Assembly (NCBI GenBank): GCA_025201805.1
Contig: MU619237.1
Span: forward strand, 365,552-429,551
DNA: 64,000 bases
From: Parasitella parasitica NRRL 2501
Lineage: Eukaryota > Fungi > Mucoromycota
Direction of reading: 5' to 3'
Part shown: positions 13,375 through 24,490 of the stretch, piece after piece
Position numbering within the stretch: position 1 is the stretch's first letter
Layout: each line of letters starts with the position of its first letter
Translations under genes and position numbers: made by a program
Notes under the pieces: model-generated
Told to the model about the DNA's origin: nothing
Database searches by the model: none
Seen by the model: only the letters and a program-made list of their open reading frames with translations

Positions 13375-16266
13375 ATGCCACCCATACGGCAATTAGACGA
13401 CGCATTCCTCTCGAGTCTCTTGGAAAAACAAGTCTACCCAGAACTCAAGTCAAACATAGACTCGGAATCATTGGTAAGCATCCTCAAAAAACTTAACTCT
13501 GCCTCGGACGCGCTGCAGCAAGAGCTCTTTGAGCAAGTCCACAGCAATTTTGACGACTTTTCTGCTGGGTACAACTCTAGCCAAGAGCTGCATTCCAGGG
13601 TGCTGGATCTGGTCAGGCAGACATCTCACACGCAGCAGCAACTGACAACCACGCAAACGCATGTCGAGCAGACCGTCGAGAGATACCAGCATGTTTTGGA
13701 AGAGTCGCACAGGAACAAGAGCAAGATTGACGTACTGGAGCACATTGAGCAAGTGCTGCAGATTATGGAATCCATAGACGCAGAGCTAGGCCAGTATAAC
13801 TATGTGGATGCAGCTCAGCATGTACTGCAGCTAGCTGCTACTTTGAACGAGTGGAGAAACGCCGATGCTAGAGTGATCCAAATGATCAATGAACGGATAC
13901 AGCAATTGAAGCAATCGCTCGTGCTCGGTCTTCAGGATGGAATTCATACAGCGATAAAGTACAATCCCGGATCGATTCGTATTCTGGAAACATACCAGCC
14001 ATCCACAGCGTCGAACAAACAGGTACACACTCGAGACGTCTTACAAAGTCTGTATCAGCTGGGGTTGCTGCCTGAAGAATTGATGGCTGTGCAGCGCTCC
14101 ATTTTCAACAACATCTTTGGCTTTTATTTCCAACGTACCAGCTGCACGCTTCAGATCGACTCGGTACAAGTGGAGAATGAAGGGAGCGGAGGAGTTTTGC
14201 AGGTCATTCCTGCCGCAGACAGTGACAACGAAGGCCATGTCGATCCGGTTCTAATGCTGCAGCACATGGAAGCCATATTTGGATTCATCTACAGGTACGC
14301 ATTTGGAAGCACAGACGCTGCACCCAACGACAGAGAAATGAAGCTCCTGTTTGGAAACCTGTTCCTGCCAGATTTGAGCGACCTGATGATAGCACAGAGT
14401 ATTGCGCCTGCCGTTCCCTCTTCGAAATACAACCTGGCAGAATTCGACCGTGTCGCACAGGCCGTAAACCAATTCGAGAGCCACTGCAGAGACATTTACG
14501 GATTCCAGGTACAAGATGCAGCATTAGGCTTGTATGTCAAGAACATCGACCTGCACTATGCCAAGAAACGACGCAACCGCATCCTGCTGGAAGGCAGAAA
14601 AGTGATGATGCGACGACTGTACGATACAGACATGGTCAGCGTAAAGGAAGACGACGGACACACCTACCACTATCAGATCACACAAACGCCACAGCTCTTG
14701 TCTGTGCTTGTATCCGATACGCTGTCTGAAGGCTCTGATATGTTAAAGTCGCACCCTATATCAGCATCAACACTAACAGACGGCATTCAGGATTTACTGG
14801 ACATGTACCGCTCGATAATGCCAAGCTTTCACCGCAGCCAGTACTTGGCCAGCGCATGCAATTCGCTTGTATTCAGAAACGACTGTCTGTGGCTAGCTAA
14901 TCAATTGGCGACTACGACTGCATTGAAACCGGAAGCATCTCTGTTTCCACAGCTGAAAGCAGGGCTTGGAGAGACTGCTAAGCGCTTACGGCAGCTTGGT
15001 AAGACTTGGCATGAATTAACCATGATGCAAAGAGCACAACAAATCCAATCTGTGCTGGACGCTTTGGACGGGTTCTCTGGGATGGCTGAAAATTTAAAGT
15101 TCCAGCAAGACTGCGACAGAGCTATTGCTCGAGTGCTCGAGTTGGTGGGGTCCTTTGCTGCAGAGACAAGACCTGTGATCGACGAGACTCTATTTTTGGA
15201 TATGCTTGGCCGTATTGCAGACAGTGTTCTAGCAAGGCTGATCAGTGACATTGAAGAGTTGGTGGACATTGGAGCGGAAGAGTCGCATATCATCGCACGC
15301 GCGTTAAACAGCCTTGCTCAGCTTGTCAATGCCTTTGATTTACCGGGAAGAGATGCAACGGAGGGGTTTGTAGCTGATCTGGTCCCTAGCTGGCAAAAGT
15401 TTTGGCTAGTCAAGGACATCTTGGAAATGAACATGCGTGAAATCATGGAGTCTTTCCGCTGCGGTGATTTGCACATGTTTGAGAAATCAGAGTTGGTTGG
15501 ACTTCTATGCTCGCTTTTTGCAGACACGGAACTACGAGAATCAAACATTCAGGAGATTAAAACTGGTATATCACCATCACAACCTTACCCAAATGCAGGA
15601 CAACGAGCACGAGAAGCAGTAGCTGCAGCACCAGTGCAACCGCAGCACTCGCCATCACCTACTGCAGCTCGCACCCACGCTACATTGTCCACACCTCATA
15701 GTACGCTGGAATATACGCCAGGTGATGATGAAACGATTGAAGAATCAGGCTGGGGCGACGATGACGATATCGATTTCTTTGCAGATGACGGTTTGGGTAA
15801 AGACAATCCTGTGTCACAGACCTCTTTGGAACCATCGCCAAATTTAGACTATGATGTGGACATTATGGTAGATGATACAGTAACAATTGAAGCAGAAGGA
15901 GGAGGAGGCTGGGGAGATGCAGATGAGGACATATTTGATAATGACGCACTTTTAGTCAAAAAGGATGTCGCCGGGGACGAATGCATTGCTGACCCTGCTG
16001 CCAAGAAGGACAACAACCAAGAAACAGCTTGTCGGGCATCTCGGACGAGCCTTCCTATATCCGGTATCAGTAGCCCAACTTTGTCCAACATCAGCGCCAC
16101 TACTAGTATGGGTAATACTACCACTGCCATAGGTACTACCGACACTGCTACAGGTGCTACTAACGCTGCCACTCTTTTATCCGCACCTGCGTTGAATCTA
16201 GACGCAGAAGACGGTGAAGGATGGGGCTGGAATGACCAAGACGACGATGATTTGTTCAAGGCCTAG
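13375..16266 (+). CDS. ZW10/Dsl1-family tethering/kinetochore protein (intronless, ~963 aa)
   Basis: Helical-bundle protein with FRNDCLWLA, DIGAEESH, VPSWQKF..ILEMNMREI..F..ELVGLLCSLFADTELR, typical of the ZW10 C-terminus. Confidence 0.85.
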   Translation: MPPIRQLDDAFLSSLLEKQVYPELKSNIDSESLVSILKKLNSASDALQQELFEQVHSNFDDFSAGYNSSQELHSRVLDLVRQTSHTQQQLTTTQTHVEQTVERYQHVLEESHRNKSKIDVLEHIEQVLQIMESIDAELGQYNYVDAAQHVLQLAATLNEWRNADARVIQMINERIQQLKQSLVLGLQDGIHTAIKYNPGSIRILETYQPSTASNKQVHTRDVLQSLYQLGLLPEELMAVQRSIFNNIFGFYFQRTSCTLQIDSVQVENEGSGGVLQVIPAADSDNEGHVDPVLMLQHMEAIFGFIYRYAFGSTDAAPNDREMKLLFGNLFLPDLSDLMIAQSIAPAVPSSKYNLAEFDRVAQAVNQFESHCRDIYGFQVQDAALGLYVKNIDLHYAKKRRNRILLEGRKVMMRRLYDTDMVSVKEDDGHTYHYQITQTPQLLSVLVSDTLSEGSDMLKSHPISASTLTDGIQDLLDMYRSIMPSFHRSQYLASACNSLVFRNDCLWLANQLATTTALKPEASLFPQLKAGLGETAKRLRQLGKTWHELTMMQRAQQIQSVLDALDGFSGMAENLKFQQDCDRAIARVLELVGSFAAETRPVIDETLFLDMLGRIADSVLARLISDIEELVDIGAEESHIIARALNSLAQLVNAFDLPGRDATEGFVADLVPSWQKFWLVKDILEMNMREIMESFRCGDLHMFEKSELVGLLCSLFADTELRESNIQEIKTGISPSQPYPNAGQRAREAVAAAPVQPQHSPSPTAARTHATLSTPHSTLEYTPGDDETIEESGWGDDDDIDFFADDGLGKDNPVSQTSLEPSPNLDYDVDIMVDDTVTIEAEGGGGWGDADEDIFDNDALLVKKDVAGDECIADPAAKKDNNQETACRASRTSLPISGISSPTLSNISATTSMGNTTTAIGTTDTATGATNAATLLSAPALNLDAEDGEGWGWNDQDDDDLFKA

Positions 16267-16604
16267 TAATAAAATACTGTTTTATAACGGGTTTTATTTG
16301 TTTGTATCATATATTGTTGAATTTGTTGTAGTATAAATGTTGTAGCTATTTCAAGCGTACAATGCATAATTTACTGGTAGGATAATTTACAATTTAAACT
16401 TTGTCATGTGTGTGGGGCAGGAAGAGGATAAAATGTACGAATATAGTATATATAGGAGTTAGGTGCGCTAAATTCTATAATAGTCAGACATTCGAATTGT
16501 CAGGATTAGAGTTAGGGTTAGGATTCAGGATAGTGTTTATATTTTTATATACATGCATAAGGTGATGTTCTTTTTTTTTTTTTTCTTTTTTTTGTTGTTG
16601 TTTG

Positions 16605-17380
16605 TTATAAAGATCTGGTATGAATCTTTTCATGGCGTTTCATGTCATATTTCCGAGCGAAAGGGCGCGCGCAATGGCTGCATAAGAATGATTTTGGTCT
16701 ATGGGGGTTGTGTGTAAGCATATGTTCTACAAGATTGTGCTTGCGTTTTGATCTATATTGAACAAACATCGTCTGATTAGTAAGAAAAAAAAAATAGTGG
16801 CAATGTATTTGTTTGCTACATACCTATGGCTACACACAGGGCAGATGTGTCTTTTGTCGGTCAAGGTGGTAGTCTTTCTCTTCTTTTTGCTGCAATCGAG
16901 TCCATTGGGGACTGCAGGGAACAGCGAGTCGACGAAGACTGGGTCTGGCTGATGACAATACATGTAGCTGTTGCTGCTGGTGCTACTGAAGCACTCTGAT
17001 AGCTGAGGAGACAAGTTTGATGAATAGTACATGGCAGAGCTGCTGCCAATGTCAGCATTCATTGAGAAGGTAGGGGAGGCATTGGCCACAGTAAAGTCAG
17101 GTACGTTATAAGACGCAATTGAGAAATTATCGTCTTGCAAGACATTGCTATAGTCGTTGGATGGGAGCGTTGGCTTTAAATCTTGCTTGATGTCGGCATC
17201 AATCTGCTTGTATTGGCATTGGTATTGGTATTGGTATTGATATTGGTATTGGTATTGGCATTGCAAATATTGATATGCGCTTGCATTAGCGTCAAAGAAG
17301 CAACTAGACATCAATGGGCCATTGCTGTCGTTATTGGCAGCAAGCAACTGATTGTAATATAGCATATAGGAGTTATCCAT
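16605..17380 (-). CDS. C2H2 zinc-finger transcription factor (2 exons)
   Basis: HICPVCSHR|SKRKHNLVEHMLTH..FLCSHCARPFARKYDMKRHEKIH; YQ dipeptide repeat in the N-terminal region. Confidence 0.88.
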
Positions 17381-17403
17381 TTTTTATTTGTTTTATTATT
17401 CAG

Positions 17404-17589
17404 AAAAAAAAAAAAAAAAGAGGCGCAAAAAAGAAAAGTTAGAGATTGGAAAGGAAGAGAGTGGTGTCTGCGATAGTATTTATACTATTTCCTGAAAAAA
17501 AAAAAAAAAAAAAGAGGCGCAAAAAAGAAAAGTTAGAGATTGGAAAGGAAGAGAGTGGTGTCTGCGATAGTATTTATACTATTTCCTGA
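17404..17589. repeat. Tandem duplication of a ~90-bp unit (poly-A + gaggcgc...tttcctg) upstream of the C2H2 gene
   Basis: Two identical copies, each preceded by an A-run. Confidence 0.9.
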
Positions 17590-18034
17590 TTCAATGTGTA
17601 CAAACAGACAGACAAGCAGACAAGCAGACAAGCTGATAGACAGACCAAACTCACACAACCTACTATTAAACCCCGTTTTCAGGTAAAATCGACCGAAAAA
17701 GTATGCAGGATTATGCGTTCACTACTGTTTAAAAAAGCATGGCATGTCACTAAGAGACCAAGGAGGCTTTTATTTCATTATCTGTAATGTATTAGTAATA
17801 GGGTTTCGAGAATTTTATTTTTATAAAAAAAAAGTCTATTTTTACATTAGTATCCCCTTTCTGAATTCTACTGCTTGCTGCTGCTGTATTGTTGATTTGC
17901 TGCTAATGCTGCTTGTTGCTGTGCACCTGAGAGGGTGGATGTAGGTAGAAAAACTTTATTTAGATTTGAGTCATACTAAAAATAAAGTTTTCCCTTCTCC
18001 TCTTCTCCTTCTGCGTGCTTCCACACACGACAGA

Positions 18035-19300
18035 ATGCTCAAATGCTCATTGGCAAACGTCACCCTTATTTCCTCATTTAGAGGATCAGGACATGAGCTA
18101 CTAATAGCAAGACGCTTCTTGTCGTATAAACCTGTTGCATTCTACTCTCTCAAGCGCTTCAGTCTGCCGAGGGTGAACGAGCTGAAATCAAAGCTTCTGC
18201 TCGATCTCAAGAAATTTGATGTCAAGGGCAGGATATACCTTGCTCCAGAAAGTGGGATTGGTGGCATCAACTGTCAGATGGAGGCGCCCATCTCACAAAT
18301 TGAAATGGTGAAATCATACTTTGCGAGCTCAACTGACTTTGGGCCAGTTCAATTCAACGACGGCATGCAAGACACGTCTCGACCCAATTTCAGTAAATTA
18401 CGTGTACTGGTCAAGAAAAATGTAAATTATTAAATATATACATATATAAACGGACAAACATATAACCATTTTCTAGCTGGTTGCAGTTAGGAAGAATGAT
18501 TGTATGACAGCACAAGACCTGGATTTGCAGCCCAATCATCTGACTCCTGAGGATTGGCATAAAGAGCTCTCGGCAAGGAAGCAGGACATTGTGTTATTGG
18601 ACATGCGCAACCGATACGAGTAGTAAGTGTAAACAAATTTGCTGCGGGCTTGGCTTGTTTACATGGCTAAGCCAACTTTTTTTTTTTTTTTTTTTTTTTT
18701 TTGCGACATAGTGATGTCGGTCATTTCGACCATGCCATCAAGATGAACGTGGATACGTTCAGACAAGGCCTGGATCTGCTAGATGAACTGTCCGCCGATA
18801 AACCAAAGGACCACGAGATCTACATGTACTGCACCGGCGGCATTCGATGTTCTGTGGCCGGCGCTTATCTGAGAAACAAAGGATACCAACATGTCAAAAT
18901 GGTAACCGCAGCTGCATGTGCTTAGTAATCGAGCCAATGTCCCTTTTTGACTCATTTTTGTATTTATCGGTTGTAGTTACAAGGTGGCGTCACTGCATAT
19001 GGCCATTATGTGAGAAACAATGTCCCCTCCTTGTTCAAAGGAAAGAACTTTACCTTTGATGGCAGAAGAGGAGAGCCGATTACTGACCATGTGCTTACGC
19101 AATGCTATCACTGTGGAAATCAATGCGACCATATTACCAACTGTGCCAATACTAAATGCCATTTGCTGCTTGTTCAGTGCGAACAATGTCGATCCAAAAT
19201 GCACCATACATGTAGCTCGCATTGTCAAAGCGTATTGCACGGCAAAGAAGAATACAAGTTTGATTACGACTACCACAGACAAGTATCAGAAGCATGGTAA
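18035..19300 (+). CDS. Rhodanese-domain UPF0176/TrhO (TSTD2-like) protein, probably mitochondrial
   Basis: KGRIYLA..GGINCQ, LLDMRNRYE|.DVGHF, IYMYCTGGIRC, LQGGV, FKGKNFTFDGR, C-terminal Cys cluster. Confidence 0.9.
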
Positions 19301-19414
19301 CACAACGCATTAAATTGAACAATGGTATGATTGGATGAAAATAAACAAAGTAACCTGTGTAAATTCTTTTTGCTCTTTTTCATTCTTCTTGTACATTACT
19401 ACTTGCTGTCCACC

Positions 19415-21392
19415 ATGTCCATCTTGAGAGACTCTCGCTCTCCACAAGTACCGTCCCGTTCACCGTTCCGCATCAGAGACTCGCAATCAAAGAAACAGCC
19501 CGACCATGGTATGTATCTTTTTCAAAATGCCAAGGCGATCCAGTATTAAGTATCCATAGTAGATCGCTGGAGTTTTACTGTGGAATTAGTGAATATGTGG
19601 AACATAAAACCTGACCATGGCCTATACAGCATGGACAGCGCTAAAAAACAGCACCAGCCGCATCAGCAACGGCAGCAACAGCAACAGCAACAGCACCCGG
19701 ACACCATGCTCTCCTCGAGCCATTTGCTAACACAATTATTGATCTCACAAGCGATACTTGATTCGAACGATTACGAAATTCTAACATTCGACACACTCGA
19801 CAAATTAACAAAGGTGATACAAATATATTACGTAAATCCTAGTACTGTTTTAACCTAATATATTTTATGGTACGTAGGAGCTTTCGCAAATCCAGGATCA
19901 ATCAGCAAACATAGCCAAGAATATACAGCTCGAAAATAGGATCGCTTCCATCTCCAAGTCGCTAGAGAACGTAAGCTTGAAAAACAGCCGAAATTCAGTC
20001 ATCTATCTTCAGCATCAACGGCAGCACAACAAAGACAAAATCAAGTCCATGTCGAAGCAACTCGAAAACCTGAAAAATAGGCAAATCGAGATCAGGAAAA
20101 CGATACTACAGCACACAGCCGCTACGCTGAACAAAGGGATCCACAGCATCGAAAACCAAACACTGCTCCGACAAAGCAACCACAGCTCGGCATTGAATCA
20201 AGTGACCAACAGGGTCAATCAACTCTATTCAGCATATATCTCACTACCCTCAACATCAGCAGCAGCAGCAGCGTCACCAGATACCCTACACAAACTCTCC
20301 CAATTGGACATGCTGCTGTCTGGAAGACCATCAGAAGAAGACGGCTTTGTAGCTGATCAGAACAAATTGCAGCTGCTGGCCATCCGAATACAAACAGACC
20401 AGCTTGTGGCAAAGATGATTGACATGGAACTCTTCACCACAAAACTGCTATCTCGTATATCCTCATTCCCTCAGCGCCAGATGGCTTTGAAAATGGAATT
20501 AATGCAGTATCAATCCGAATCGCTCGAAATCCGCATTTGGGAGAAAAAGCAGCAAAGAGACGTGGACGCAGACAGCCTATCACAGGCCATGGCCCGCCAG
20601 CAAAGCGGTCGTGGCAGCCACGAGCTGTCCGTCGGCGAAATCAAGCAGCGCTATCAAAAGCAGCTGGATGAGCAGGCACGATTTTACGAGGCAGATTTAT
20701 CCAAGCAAAATGCACTGCTGCAGCGTAGCACCCAAACGCAGCGACAGTTGGAATCATCTTGCAACCAGCTGAGTTCTGAAAAATCAGAGCTGGATAGACT
20801 AGTGCAAGAAAAATCTCGGCAGATTGACCAGCAAGACAATGAAATGAGCAGGCTGAATCACGAGCTACGGAATCTGCACCATCCTCCTCCTCAATTAAAA
20901 TCCAAGATACCAAGCCATGACGACAATGCTGACGGCCTGCACATTGAGGCAGAGAAAATACGGCTAAAAAAACACTTTGAAAACAGAGAATCTCGCTGGA
21001 CGTCCCACACTACCATGATGGAAGACGGCTTCGACCAACTGCTGGACAATTTCGACAAACTGACAAACTCGGCGATAGAATTCGACTCGCATCGCATGCG
21101 ATATGACAGGAGAATTGACGATCTACATAAAAGTATCAGCAATTTGGAGCTGCAGCTATACGATGAGAAAATCAAGAAAATTGGATACGAGGCAGGACAT
21201 GAGCAGGCACCAACGACTGTCTCGCTTCGCAAAGAATTCAGAATCTTGGTTGCAGATATCAAAAGGACACACCAGCTGAGGATGGAGAGAGAAGCCGAGG
21301 AGATTAGACGTCTGCAGCTGCAGCTGCAAGAACTGCAAAATACAAATACCAAATCATATAAATATCAACATAGCATGGCAACTCAAACCTAA
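19415..21392 (+). CDS. Uds1 (up-regulated during septation) domain coiled-coil protein (3 exons)
   Basis: LLISQAILDSNDYEILTFDTLDKL and KTILQHTAATL motifs; long coiled coil; C-terminal TTVSLRKEFRILV. Confidence 0.75.
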
Positions 21393-22860
21393 TAATATAC
21401 TAAATGCATCTACCACCGGCCGCTCGATGCGAATCTCTATCATATTAAACATTCTTGATATACAAATGTTTGTAATGCACTATCTTCTCGTGTTATGTTA
21501 TACTTTTACCAATGGAACGATTGAAATATTTCATTTTTGTGAGGCATTGCTATTCATATAAAGATGAAAAAAAAAAAAAAAAAGCAGCCTCTGGTTTATC
21601 CCCTTTTTTTTTTTGCTTTTTTTCTAGGTTGGATTTGATTAAAGTACATTTATTAAATATTCAATTTTACATCTATTGATATACTTTGCAAACAAGTAAT
21701 GTGTCTATATTTTGGCATCAGCATTATCTAGATTGGTGATCGCACAATGTCTCGCCGTTAAGACCATGGTTACCAATTACTCACCTGAAGGCATTTTGTA
21801 ATCTCCATGTATCGTATCAGGCCAAAGAAAAGAACAAAACGATTATTTAAACTCAGCACTTTCTTGGTTGATTTTCCGTGTTTTTTTTTGACAAAAATAA
21901 ATTTTTCAAGTTCGATAGCTACTTGAATATTACCGATAAACTTATTTTACTAACTGGATGAGATTTTCGTGCTTCTTACCTGTATAATGGTGGTATTTAT
22001 GCATCTGTAGCCTGCTTGTATATTGCACGCTCCGATTTTGAAGTTTTGTTTTCCGGAAAAGCTTAAAAAAAAAAGTTGTCGTTCACCATATATCAGGTTT
22101 AAAAAGTATACAAGTGTCAAGCTGCCCTTGCAAAAGCTGTATCAAAAGGTTTCTTAAAGCCCAATGTATCTTTTGATGCCATTTTTCTCCTGTTTGAATT
22201 TGGTTTAATATGTCTATTCTGCATTATTCTTTTGTTTTCCCTTGTTTTCACGCTTGAAACGCACTTTTAATTTAGGCCCATTTTGCGAAAATGCTCGTAA
22301 AAAAAAATTTAATTAGATTGTTGCACCTATAAAAATTGTGAAGAATAGCTGGCCAAGTTTGCTTAATACCGAGAGGCAAAATGATTTGATGTACTAAAAT
22401 TGATAAATTCGATTCAATTTACATTTATAACCCATTACTAAACGGTATAAATACCAATTAGCAACAATAAGAGCATGTATTTAACATATAAAACTAAAAC
22501 AGATATCTCTTCCTTTCTTTTTCAAACTGCTGTGCTATACAAGTCTTTGAGTGTGTGCTCTGATTATAAACAATTTCAACATTGTTTCAAGTTACTGAGG
22601 CAAATCTATACCATAAATCTGCTAGCAAGTAAACACGTCATTAGTACATATGTCAATGCATAGCTTTGAACTAGAGTTTCAAAAAGGAAATTAATAAAGC
22701 AGCCAACAGGCGGTGACTGACACCAATGTCATTTTACCTGTACCGTACGGTATTATTGATGGACTGTTTGTTTGGGAGGGGGACCCTCTTCTGTAGGGGT
22801 GCAAAAACGTTTCCTTTTTTTCTCTTCTTGTACCCAAACACTATTACACTTTCTTTTGAC

Positions 22861-23346
22861 ATGAACGACTATTCTTCAAACTACAGCCTCGGTGGTGATG
22901 CCGTAAGTGTTTATTGAGATATGGAAGCAGAAGCTAGAGGAGAAAGGGGGATTTTTCTGCCGTGATATAGGCTTCTCAAATGTGACAAGGGGATACCACT
23001 TTATTGACATGGTGGTTTTGACATTTTTAGGGTAACAAGAAGCAAGAAGTTATGGACCAAGTTCGTTCTGAACTCGCTTTAGCCAACGCTCAAGAGCTTA
23101 TCAACGTGAGTATTTATATACAGGCTATCTGCATTCAGCTTGACTAATTAGCTGTATGACATACATATATAGAAAATCAACGAAAAGTGTTATTTAAAGT
23201 GTGTCCCCAAGCCTGGCGCCCGTCTTGAATCTGGCGAACAAGCTTGTCTCTCCAAGTGTATGGATCGTTATATGGAAGCCTGGAACGTTGTTTCTCGTGC
23301 TTATGTTGCTAGACTCCAGCGTGAATCGCAAGGTGGTAACCTCTAA
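22861..23346 (+). CDS. TIM13: Mitochondrial intermembrane chaperone Tim13 (3 exons)
   Basis: [19 protein letters not shown]|[15 protein letters not shown]...[23 protein letters not shown], with twin CX3C motifs. Confidence 0.95.
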
Positions 23347-24490
23347 TTTCATCTTTTCCCCACCACCACCACCACCACCCCTTTTTTTTTCTTTTCAAAC
23401 TAGAAACAAAAAATAGTGCCGCATATATGTTATTTTTTTCTGTGTATTTTACTTCAAAATTGTATAAAAAAGATTTTCCTCTGTGGTGAGATCCTGAAAT
23501 ATTTGGTCTTTATAACTTGGAAAGAACTTCTCCAGCACGACATCGAGAGCATTTAGCAAGCCACTTGGCATTCGAAAGATACTGTAGTGACAACCATTTA
23601 TTTGTCGTGGAAATGGGCACCAGAGATAACGTCCTTCTTACACGATGCATTTGGTTAGTTTTACAAAGAAAAAAACCTTTGACTAATACATGCGTTTTGT
23701 ATTTTCACCACTATTATAGAAACTTTCCGAGCAGAAAATCAAGTACCCGAAAGACATTAGTTGATGCTCATTTTTAGAGGATGTAAGCAAACAAAAAGTC
23801 AATGATGCGAGCATAATTCAAGTTGTAATTTTCGAAAAAAAAAAAAAAGTTTATTCAAAAAAAATATATTACGGAAGACAGATGCTATTCTTTCGAACTT
23901 ACAGAAATCTAAAATATCAAGATTATATTAGTATATGTGAAATATATCATAATCGAGGAGATAAAAATGGAAAAATGATAACATTTCAGAGATTGTTCAC
24001 CTTGGTAAAACCCACATCTCTAAAATAAGATTGCGAACTCGGAATATGCTTCGATTCGGGACCAAAAAAAGTTTTCCATCATGTCATGTTATCATTTTAC
24101 CATCATCATCCTCACTGATGATTCGAGTTACGTACCTTTTCAACTAATTGTAGAAGAAAGAAAAAAAATTTTCACTTTAGACACATTTTTCAAAGCCTTT
24201 TTATCTTTAATTGCATCGTGACTAGAACATATTAATGTCACAACTAAAAATTTTGCTGGTATTATGTAAGGAACATCTGTCAAAAATCGAAGGAAACCCG
24301 TCATCCCATGAAGCTCCAAGATCCTGCTGCCATGTACTGTATGATACGCTACATGATAAATTTACCCGTCATTTCATGTTATTGCAAAAGGCGGGAGAGG
24401 GGGGGGGGGGGAGGAAGCAGGTTATAGTTAGTTAGTTTTTTTATTTTAAGTGAGTTTTTGATTGTGCGTGTATATAATTATGTCTCTTTT

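Noticed and set aside
16504-16530. TTAGGG-like telomeric-looking run
   Set aside because: Only 1-2 exact units in a 3' intergenic region; ordinary degenerate hexamer microsatellite
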